From Raja brachyura (Eukaryota): 64,000 bases of DNA. The notes beneath the pieces are model-generated. The model was not told the DNA's origin, ran no database searches, and saw nothing but the letters and a program-made list of their open reading frames with translations. The translations under genes were made by a program, and so were the position numbers. The stretch covers positions 14,198,001 to 14,262,000 of the forward strand of contig OY740810.1 in NCBI GenBank assembly GCA_963514005.1. The letters are read 5' to 3'. This document shows positions 12,501 to 24,500 of the stretch, piece after piece (positions within the stretch are counted from its first letter, which is position 1; each line of letters starts with the position of its first letter).

Positions 12501-15500
12501 AACATGGAACCCATCAAACCAGAAGAGATTTATGATGCAGTTAGAGAGGAGACCAATAACCTTTCCTCACTGGGGCCATACGCACTGCAAAGCTACAGCC
12601 TCCTCGTAGATGGTACATATCAAAATATTCCTCAGTGTTTTTCTTCATGTTGTACTTCATGCAATCTATAGTAACTGCTGAATTGTAGTCAACCTCTTTG
12701 ATATTTACATATTCAGATCAGCGAGAACCAGGTATGATATCCTATAAAATCTGGGAAAGCGAATTTAAAGTAATTCATAATCTTGCTCTTCAGAGCCAGC
12801 CTAGCATAAAGATTCTGCCTCTCTGGTTTGATCCCATTACAAAAGCAGTTACTTCCTGATAAGTGTTCAAGGTGCAAGTAAAAAGACATCTCCTCCAATA
12901 AAGGGTGACATTTGTTTAAAAGAAGAAACATAGTGCTGGAATAACTCAGCTGTTCAGGCAGCATCACTCAGGACTCTTCTTCAAGTCTGGACTTCTTCAG
13001 ACTGATTGTGGAGGGTTGGGGGGAGAAGAAAGCTGGAAGAGAGGAGGGGCAGTACAAAGCACATCAGTTAATTGGTAAACACAGGTGAGGTGGCGATTTG
13101 ATAAACAGAAGTTTGGACAAAGTCCGGCGATTAAAAAACATAAGATGTGAGACAAAGGTTTGAAGAGTTTTGAATTTGAGGCCGGAGGAAGGAATGTAGA
13201 AGAAGGCAAGGTGGGGGGGAGCTCAATAGGTGCGAGTCCAGATTAATCACTGTGGATTGGGGGTGCTGCGTTGTTAGAGGTTACCTGAACTTGAGGAATT
13301 TAAAGTTCATATCATTGGCTTAAAACCTACCTATGTTTCTTTGTTTAATTTCAGATTTCACCATCCAGCCCAATGTCAACGGTGAGTTTGGATCAAATGC
13401 ATCAAACAATTGGCTCACGTTACATTTTTTCTTTTCGGCCTGTTGCTAAAGCTGTGTGAAATTCCAGTACTGGGAAACAGATTTTAAACTAATTGAAAGT
13501 TGTGGTACTTTCAGCATGCTAAATTGCTTATTCTATTTCCACAGTTCCAGTTCCAATTGAGATAACAAATCCCATTGTTTTTAACATGATGTTCACTGTT
13601 GACAGTCTGTCTTTTGAAGAAGTAGAAGTAAACCCTTCAGGAACAGCAACCACGATTGAAACTGAGGTGAGAGATTTTACATTAGGTTTTTGCTAACATA
13701 TTACTTCATCGTTCTCTTTTTATATCTTATTCTGATACAATTTTTCCTGCCCTCAGCTCTCAAAACTGTTTGAAGACAGTAGTATCGAAGCAACGTTCTT
13801 TAACTGTGCGGTAAAATCATTCAGGTAACTCCGATTAAATCATGAAAATTCCATTCCTTTACCTTCCAAGTATTAACACAGACAATTCCAACATGCAAAA
13901 GCAGTAATCTCTTGAGCACATGTCCCACAAATATCATTGCAGAGTCAATAAAAATTCTAACAGAGAGAGACACCACATGCTGGGTTATCTCAGCGGGTCT
14001 GGAGGCAAATCTGGAGAACAAGGCGAGGCAAAGTTTTGGGTCGGGCCCTTCTTCTGACTGATAGGGGTGAGAAAGCTGGCAGAGAGGTAGGATGGAGATA
14101 ACAAAGTGTGGCAAGTGATAGGAGGATACAAGTGATGGGGAGGTCAAATGGTTGGACAAATTCTAGAGATGAAAAGGTTTAATATAGGGAGTTAAGCATA
14201 GAAGAGGACAGAAATATAAAGCTAGATGAAAGAAGAAAAATTAGACGTTGAGATTAGTGGGTGGAGGGGAAAGGGTCAAATGGGTGCACACCCAGATGTA
14301 GCAAAGGGAAGAGTTGGGAGAAAGTGGCGGGGAGCATTTGAAGTATGGTATGTAAAATTGGAAATTCATTGTACATAACGTCAGGCTCTAAGGTACTTAT
14401 TGGAATATGAGGTGCTGTTCCTCCAGATTGAATGTGGTCCCGTTCTGGCAATGTATGAGGCCCGACACAGACAGGTCATTATGGGAATGGGGAGTTAAAC
14501 ATTTTTGCAAAAGGAAGATCCAGCAGGCCTTGGTTGGCCCTGCACAAGTGTTCGGCAAAACAGTCGACTAGACGATACTTGGAGACGTAAAGGAGACCAC
14601 ATCAAGGTCAGCGACTGCAGGAGATAAGGTTAGAGACTGGTGTGTGAAGCTAAGGATGAGGGGAACTCTATCATTGTTCAGTTTGGGTAAGGGGGATGCA
14701 AAAGCAGAACTATAGGAGATGTGAGTGAGGGATCCATCTAAGTCGGCTAGGGGTAATCCACGTTTACTCAAGAAAAAGGACATGCAGATGCCCTAGAATG
14801 GGAAAGCCTTGTGGGAGAAGATGTGGCAAAGATGGATAAATTAAAACATTGGATTTTCCTGACTATTGCTGCTTCTCTTATAATCAGTCACAGCAACATA
14901 TCAGCTGTGCTCTTGCTAATCCTGCAAACAACATTGCACTGAATTATTTTACACTTATCACAAATGTCTTTTGCTTTTTGCAGAAGTGCATTGGTTCACA
15001 GCACCAGCGTGACAGCTGATTGTTCATTCCAAAACGTGTCAACCATTGAACCCATCAAACGAGAAGATGTTTATGGTGTATTTAGCGAGAAGACCAATGA
15101 CATTTCCTCACTGGGACCATACGTACTGCAAAGCTACAGCCTCTATGTAGACGGTACTTATCAAAATATTCCATGGTGTTTCTCTTCATATTGTATTTGT
15201 GCAATCTACGGTAACTATTGATTTAGTCAAGTTCTTCGGTATTTACATATTTAGATCAGGGACAACCAGGGATATCCGATGGGATCTGAGAAGGAAACCT
15301 TAAAATTATTCACAGTCTTGCCTTTTGGAGCCTGCCTATGCACAATTACTCAGCCTCATTGTTTGGACCGAATGACAAGAGCGGTTATTTCCTGATAATG
15401 TTCAAGATGCAGGGGGAAAAAAACCTCCTCTCTTAAAAGTTTACATGTTTTTGAGAGGAAGTCACAATGTGCTGGAGTAACTCAGCAGGTCAGGCAGAAT

Positions 15501-18500
15501 CACTGGAGAATATGAATTTGTGACCTTTCAAGTCGGGACCCTCCTCCAGACTGATTGTGGAGTGGTGCGGGGAGGCAGTACAAAGCTCGTCAGTTAATAG
15601 GTGAACACTGGTGAGGTAGAGTATTCATACACAGAAGAATGGACAGAAGCCAGAGGCGAGAAAACATAAGGTGTGAGAGAAAAGGATTGAAGAGGTTGCA
15701 AATTTTAAGCAAGAGGAAGGAATGCAGATGGAGGGCAAGGGGGAGGGGTTTAATAGGTGTGTGCCCAGGTGTGGTTGTGGTTGGTGGGTTTTTAAAGGTT
15801 GCCTAAACTTGAAGATTTGAAGTTCTACCTATATTTCTCTGTTTTCAGATTTCAATATACAGCCCAATGTCAATGGTGAGTTTATCTCAAATGCATCAAA
15901 CAATTGGATCAAGTTACATTTGTTCTTCTCCATCTGTTCCTTAAACTGTGTAGAATTCCAGTACTGGGAAACAGTTTTTAAACTATTTGAAAATCATGGT
16001 ACTCACAACATGCTAAAGTGCTTACTCTATTTCTACACTTCCAGTTCCAATCGAGGCAAGAAATCCCATTAAATACAACGTGACTTTCATTGTTGACAAT
16101 CTGTCTATTGAAGAAATTCAAGCAAACCCTTCAAAAACAGCAACCATGATTGCAAATGAGGTGAGAGAGTTTACCCATTAGTTTTTTGCGGATATATTCC
16201 TTCATTGTCTCCTTTTCATGTCTAATTCTAACACCATTTTTCTTGCCCTCAGCTCACAGACCTGTTTGAGAACAGCAGTATCAATGCAACGTTCTTACAA
16301 TGTGCTGCAAAATCATTCAGGTAACTCACAATAACTTTCCAATTAAATCATTAAAATTGCATTCCTTTGCCTCCAAATTTTGAATGCACAGTGATTCCAA
16401 ATGGGAAAGATGATAATGTCATAAACACATTTCCTATACATATCAGAGAAAAGTCAATATAAATTCTAACAGAAAAAGACATGATGGAGTATCTCAGCGG
16501 GTCAGTCGGCAAATCTGGAGAACATGGCTAGGCAGAGTTTTGGGTCGGGCCCTTCTTCAGACATTGCAGTAGGGGTGAGAAAGCTGCAAGAGAGGTGGAA
16601 AGGGGATGACAAAGTGTGGCAAGTGATAGTAGGATACAAGTGATGGGGAGGGAGCAGTTGATTGGCAAATGGTTGCAGAAAATCCAGAGATTAAAAGACA
16701 AAATGTTCAATATAGGGAGTTAGGCATAGAAGTCAAATTAATTATGAAGCTAGAGGAAGCAAAGTGGAATGGGAGAATGGGGAGTGGGGAGGGATGAAGG
16801 GTAAAGGGAAAATGGGTGCACTTTCAGCTGTAGCACAGGGAAGAGTGGTGGGAAATTGGGGGGGGGGGGGCATTTGTAGGTTGAAACATTAAATTGAACA
16901 ATTCATTGTTCGTATAGTTTGTAGGTTATCATGTAGAATTATTCACATTGTTAGGCTCCAAACCTACACATCAGATCATAAGTAAGAAAGAACTGCAGAT
17001 GGTGGAAAAATCGAAGGTAGACACAAAATGCTGGAGTAACACAATCAGGTGAAGTAGCATCTCTAGAAAGAAGGTTTGGGTGACGTTTCGGACAGAAACC
17101 CTTCGAAGGGTCTCGACCCAAAATGTCATCCATTCGTTCTCTCCAGAGATACTGCCTCACCCGCTGTGTTACTCCAGCACTTTGTGTCTACATCAAATTA
17201 GGAGGTGCTTTTCCTCCAGCTTAAATGTGGTTCCCCTCTGGCTATCGATGAGGCTCGACACAGGCACGTCGTTATGGGAATGGGAAGGGGAGTTGTTTTG
17301 CAACCAGGAAACCCACCAGACCTTGGTCGATCCTGCATCCGTTCGGAAAAAAATTGTCACCTAGAGGATGCTTGGACTTGCCGGTGTAAAGGAGACCACA
17401 TTGAAAGCAGCAAATACAGGAGATGGATTTAGAGACTAGTGTGTAAAATCCAAGAATGAGGGGAACTCTATCCTTGGTCAGCATGAGTGAGGGGGATGCA
17501 AGAGCAGGTAATGAGCCACAGCAACATTTCAGCTGTACTCTTTCTAACATTGCAAGTACTTTATACTAAATTATTATTATAAATGTCTTTTGCTTTTTTG
17601 CAGAGAGATACGGCACCAGTGCACCAGAGTGGCAGCTGAATGTTCATTCCAAAACATGTCCACCATGGAACCCATCAAGCGAGAAGTGGTTTATGAAGTA
17701 ATTAGAGTGAAAACCCATAACATTACCGCACTGGGACAATATCCATTGCAAAGTGGCAGCCTCTATGTAGAAGGTACATCAAAATAATCCTCAATCTTTT
17801 TCTATATATTCTACTTCACGCAATCTACCGCAGGTGTTGACGGAGTCAAGTCCTTTGGGAATTACATATTCAGATCAGGGAGGATCATGTATGATGTCCG
17901 ATGGGCATTGGGAAAGTGAATCTTAAAGTCATTCATGAAAGTCATCCTCACTAACAGGAGGAAGAAATAGATGCGAGTCCAGTTGGGGCACAGGAGGGGG
18001 AGGTGGGGAAGGGTGCAATTTGTTCGAAGTTACTTAAAATTGGAAAACTCATTGTTCATCCTGTTGGCTGTAAACTGGCTATGTTTCTTTCTTTGCTTCC
18101 AGGTTACACTGTGCCACCCATTGTCATTGGTGAGTTTGGGCTTCCATTGAACTGTTTCGGGTTTCTTTGGTTATTCACTGCTTTCATGACACATCCAGCA
18201 CCCATATTCTGCAAGAATATTGGTTGAAACACGTGAAATGATGCCTTGCCCTTTGCTCCCAAATACAATCGCGATTGAGAAATGAGTGAATTGAAAGCTT
18301 TCCTTGCTGTTCGCAAGGTTTTTTTTAATAAAACCAATGTTAATACCAATTTCTTGGCCAAAGCTAGATACAATCCACAAATTTTCCAGTCGACATCTTG
18401 TGCAAAATTTCACTCAAATGTATCAAACAATTGCCTCTGATCACATTTGTTCTTTTTGTTCTTTTGCTAAGCTGCGACAAATTCCATTACAGGGAAACAG

Positions 18501-21500
18501 TTGTTAAACTATTGAAATATCGTGGTACTTGCAGCATGCTAAATTACTTCCTATATTCCACAGTTCCAGCCGAGGAATCAAATCCCACTACTTATAACGT
18601 GACATTCATTATTGACAGTCTGTCTATTGAAGAAATTCAAGACAAACCCTCACAAACAGCAACCATGATTGCATCTGAGGTGAGAGAATTTACAAGTTAG
18701 TTTACTGATGATGTTTTACTTCATCGTACCCTTTTATTTCTCATTCTGACTCAATTATTATTACTGCCTTCAGCTCACCGACCTGTTCGAAAATAGCAGT
18801 ATCAATGCTACATTCTTGACATGTGTTGTGGAATCCTTCAGGTAACTCAAAATAACTTTCGTATTAAACGATAAAAACCGCATCCTTTAATTTCCACTTG
18901 TTAACGCTCAATAATTCCAATTTGCAAACACATTAAACTCATAAGCAAATTTCCCACAAATATCACGTAGAATTAATATATATTCTACCAGAAAAAGGTA
19001 CAATGTACGTGAGTCTCCCGGTGACTCAGGCAGCAAATCTGTAAACCCTGGCGAGTCAAAAGTTTTGTAGTAGGGGTTCCAGTCGTTGGTTTTTCGGCAA
19101 GTTGCTACGACTATGACAGTCGCCGGCAGTCGTCGAAAATATCGCTTAAGTGGGACAGGCCCATAATGCTCTAAGCTACTCCTCGGAATATGAGGTGCTG
19201 TTCCTCCAGTTTAAGTGTGGCCTCACTCTGGCAACGGATGAGGCCCAGGACAGACAGTTTGTTATGAAAATGGAAAGGGGAGTTAAATTGTTTTTGAACC
19301 GGAATTTCCAGCAGACCTTGGCTGACTCTCCACGTGTTCGGCGAAAAAAATCACCTTGACACTGTTTGGTCTTGCTAACGTATAGGACACCACATAAGGT
19401 GCATCAAATGCAGTAGGTGGTGTTAGCGACAGGTGGGGTGTAAACGAAGAATGGGGGAAACTATCCTTGCTCCGTCTGGGTGAGGGTGATGTGAGAGCAG
19501 ATCTAGAGGAGGTTTGGGTAAGGGATCCATCTAAAATGTCCAAGGTTAATCTACATTTACATTAGAAAGAAGACATCTTGGATGTCCTAGGATGGGAAGA
19601 CACATCGTGGGTGAAGATGGGGTGGAGACGGACAAATTGAGTCGGATTTCTCTGACCATTGCTTAGACACCAGTACTCAGCCACGGGAACATTTCAGATG
19701 TGCTCTTGCTGGCACTTCAAACAACTTTGCACTAAATTATTTTACACTTATCACAAATGTCTTTTGATTTTTCGCAGAGAGGAAGTGGTTAACAACGTCA
19801 GAGTGACAGCTAAATGTTCATTCCAAAACGTGTCAACAATGGAACCCATTAACCGAGAAAAGATTTACGCTATATTTAGCGAGAAGACCAATGACATTTC
19901 CGCAATGGGGCCATACGTACTGCTAAGATACAGCCTCTATGTAAACGGTACTTATCAACATTTCCTTGGTGTTTCTCTTCCTATTGTACTTGTTCAATCT
20001 ACGGTAACTATTGATTTATAGTCATGTTCTTTGGTATTTACATATTTAGATCAGGGACAACCAGGGTATATCCTATGGGATCTGAAAAAGCAAACCTTAA
20101 AATCATTCACAGACTTGCTCTTCGTAGCCTCCTTTGCTCAAACACACTGCCTCACTGGTTTGACCCACTCACAAAAGGGTTTTCTTCCTGTTAAATGTTC
20201 AAGGAGCAGGTGAAAAAAACAAACTCCTCCGTTAAAAGGTTACTTGCTTTTTTAGAAGACACAAAGTGCTAGAGTAACTCAGCGGGTCAGGCAGCATCAC
20301 TTTAGAACGTGAATGTGTGACTTTTCAGCCCGAGATCCTTGTTCAGACTGATTATGGGGTGGTGGGGGGAGAAGAAAGCTGGAAGTGAAGGGAGGCAGTA
20401 CAAAGCACTTCAGTTAATAGGTGAACACAGGTGAGGTCGAGTTTAGATACGCAGAAGGTTGGACAAAGGGTAGAGACGAAAAAACATAAAGTGTGAGGGA
20501 AAAGGATTGAAGAGTTGCAAATTTGAAGTCAGAAAAAGGAATGTAGATGGAGGGCAAGGGGGAGGAGTTTATTAGGTGCGTGCCCAGGTGGGACACTGTT
20601 GTTGTGGTTGGTGGGTTTTTAAAGGTTGCCTAAACATGAAGATTTAAAGTTCTACCTATGTTGCACTGTTTGTTTTCAGATTTCAATGTACAGCCCAATG
20701 TTAATGGTGAGTTTATGTCAAACGTATCAAATAATTGGCTCACGTTACATTTGTTCTTCTCCATCTGTTGCTTCAACTCTGTAGAATTCCAGTGCCTGGA
20801 AACTGTTTTTTAATTATTTGAAAATCGTGGTACTCACAACATGCTAAATTGGTTAATCTATTTCCACAGTTCCAATTCCAATCGAAGTACTAAAACCCAT
20901 TAAATACAACGTGACTTTCATTGTTGACAAACTGTCTATTGAAGAAATTCAAGCAAACCCTTTAGAAACAGCAACCATGATTGCAAATAAGGTGAGAGAG
21001 TTTACCAATTATTGTTTTGCTGATATAGTGCTAATTCATCCCCTTTTTTATGTCTCATTCTAACACCATTTTTCTTGCCTCAGCTCACAGACCTGTTTGA
21101 GAACAGCAGTATCAATGTAACGTTCTTAAAATGTGCCGTGAAATCATTCAGGTAACTTACAATATCTTACTGATTAAATCATGAAAATTGCATTCCTTTG
21201 TCTCCAAATTGTTAATGCACAGTGATTCCAAATGGTAAAGATGATAATCTCATAAACACATTTCCTACAAATATCAGTGCAAAGTCAATATAAACTCTAA
21301 CACAAAAAGGCACGATGTGCTGGAGTATCTCAGCGGGTCAGTCGGCAAATCTGGAGAACATGGCTTGGCAGAGTTTTGGGTCGGGCCCTTCTTCAAACTG
21401 ATTGCAGTACGGGGTGAGAAAGCTTCAAGAGAGGTGGAAAGGGGATGACCACATGTGGCAAGTGATAGTAGGATACAAGTGATGGCGAGGGAGCAGTTGA

Positions 21501-24500
21501 TTGGCCAATGCTTGCTGAAAATCCAGAGATGAAAAGACAAAAGTTTCAATATAGGGAGTTAGGCATAGAAGTCAAAATAATTATGAAGCCAGTGGAAGCA
21601 AAGTGGAATGGGAGAATGGGGATGGATGGAAGGGAATGGGAAAATGGGTGCACATTCAACTGTAACACCGGGGGGGTTTGGGGGGAGAGGGGTAGGTTGA
21701 AATGTTACATTTGTAGGTTGAAATGTTAAATTGAACAACTCATTGTTCACATTGATAGTTTGAAGGTTGTCATGTAAAATGATTCATATTGTTAGGCTCC
21801 AAACCAGCACATCAGATTACAAGTAAGAAAGAACTGCAGATGCTGGTAAAATCAAAGGTAGACACAAAATGCGGGAGTAATGCAACAGGTGAAGCAGCAT
21901 CTCTAGAGAGTAGAAAGGGTCTCGACCCAAAATGTCACCCATTCCTTCTCTCCAGAGATACTGCCTCACCCGCTGAGTTACACCAGCATTGTGTGTCTAC
22001 ATCTAATTATGAGGTCCTTTTCCTCCAGCTTAAATGTGGTTCCCCTCTGGCTATCGATGAGGCTCGACACAGACACGTTGTTATGGGAATGGGAAGGGGA
22101 GTCAAAATGTTTTGCAACACGGAAATCCAGCAAACCTTTGTCGACTTTGCATCTGTTCGAAAATAAACTTTCACCTAGATGATGCTTGTACTTGCCGATA
22201 TAAAGGAGACCACATCGAGAGCAGCAAATACAGGAGATGGGTTTAGAGACTGGTGTGCAAAATCCAAGAATGAGGGGAAATCTATCCTTGGTCAGCATGG
22301 GTGAGGGGGATGCAAGAGCAGATAATCAGCCACAGCAACATTTCAGGTGTGCTCTTTTCTAACATTGCAACTACTTTGCACTAAATTATTTTTATCAATG
22401 ACTTTTGTTTTTTTGCAGAGAGGTAATGCACCAGAGTACCAGAATTACAGCTCATTGTTTATTCCAAAACGTTTCCACCATGGAACCCATCAAGCGACAA
22501 GTGGTTTATGAAGTAATTAGAGTGAAAACCCATGACTTTACCGCACTGGGACAATATCCATTGCAAAGTGACAGCCTCTATGTAGAAGGTACTTATCAAA
22601 ATAATCCTCAATCTTTTTCTATGTATTCTACTTCACGCAATCTACCGTAGGTGTTGACGGAGTCAAGTCCTTTGGGAATTCAGATCCGGGAGGATCAGGT
22701 ATGATGTCCGATGGGCTTTGGGAAAGTGAATCTTGAAGTCATTCATGAAAGTCATCCTGACTAACTTGAGGGAGAAATAGGCGCGGGTCCAGTTGGGGCA
22801 CAGGAGAGGGAGGTGGGGAAGGGGCTAAGATACAGCCTCTATGTAAACGGTACTTATCAACATTTCCTTGGTGTTTCTCTTCCTATTGTTAATTGTTCAA
22901 TCTATGGTAACTATTGATTTATAGGCATGTTCTTTGGTATTTACAAATTTAGATCAGGGACAACCAGGCATGATATCCTATGGGATCTGACAAAGCAAAC
23001 CTTAAAATCATTCACAGACTTTCTCTTCGTAGCCTGCCTTTGCACAAACACACTGCCTCACTAGTATGATCCACTCACAAAAGGGTTTTCTTCCTGATAA
23101 ATGTTCAAGGAGCAGGTAAAAAAAAACTCCTCCATTAAAAGGTTACATGCTTTTTTAGAAGACACAAATTGCTAGAGTAACTCAGCGGGTCAGACAGCAT
23201 CACTGGAGAACGTGAATGGCTGACATTTCAGCCCGGGATCCTTGTTCAGACTGATTATGGGGTGGTGGGGGGAGAAGAAAGCTGGAAGAGAAGGGAGGCA
23301 GTACAAAGCACGTCAGATAATAGGTGAATACAGGTGAGGTCGAGTTTAGATACGCAGAAGGTTGGACAAAGGGTAGAGACGAAAAAACATAAAGTGTGAG
23401 GGAAAAGGATTGAAGAGTTGCAAATTTGAAGTCAGAAAAAGGAATGTAGATGGAGGGCAAGGGGGAGGAGTTTATTAGGTGCGTGCCCAGGTGGGACACT
23501 GTGTTGTTGTGGTTGGTGGGTTTTTAAAGGTTGCCTAAACATGAAGATTTAAAGTTCTACCTATGTTTCACTGTTTGTTTTCAGATTTCAATGTACAGCC
23601 CAATGTTAATGGTGAGTTTATATCAAACGTATCAAATAATTGGCTCACGTTACATTTGTTCTTCTCCATCTGTTGCTTCAACTCTGTAGAATTCCAGTGC
23701 CTGGAAACTGTTTTTTAATTATTTGAAAATCGTGGTACTCACAACATGCTAAATTGGTTAATCTATTTCCACAGTTCCAATTCCAATCGAAGTACTAAAA
23801 CCCATTAAATACAACGTGACTTTCATTGTTGACAAACTGTCTATTGAAGAAATTCAAGCAAACCCTTTAGAAACAGCAACCATGATTGCAAATAAGGTGA
23901 GAGAGTTTACCAATTAGTGTTTTGCTGATATAATGCTAATTCATCCCCTTTTTTATGTCTCATTCTAACACCATTTTTCTTGCCTCAGCTCACAGACCTG
24001 TTTGAGAACAGCAGTATCAATGTAACATTCTTAAAATGTGCCGTGAAATCATTCAGGTAACTTACAATATCTTACTGATTAAATCATGAAAATTGCATTC
24101 CTTTGTCTCCAAATTGTTAATGCACAGTGATTCCAAATGGTAAAGATGATAATCTCATAAACACATTTCCTACAAATATCAGTGCAAAGTCAATATAAAC
24201 TCTAACACAAAAAGGCACGATGTGCTGGAGTATCTCAGCGGGTCAGTCGGCAAATCTGGAGAACATGGCTTGGCAGAGTTTTGGGTCGGGCCCTTCTTCA
24301 AACTGATTGCAGTACGGGGTGAGAAAGCTTCAAGAGAGGTGGAAAGGGGATGACCACATGTGGCAAGTGATAGTAGGATACAAGTGATGGCGAGGGAGCA
24401 GTTGATTGGCCAATGCTTGCTGAAAATCCAGAGATGAAAAGACAAAAGTTTCAATATAGGGAGTTAGGCATAGAAGTCAAAATAATTATGAAGCCAGTGG

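Noticed and set aside
21978-22298. GIY-YIG endonuclease ORFs as functional or domesticated genes
   Set aside because: Truncated, no reverse transcriptase, and variably deleted or frameshifted among copies; passengers of the duplications
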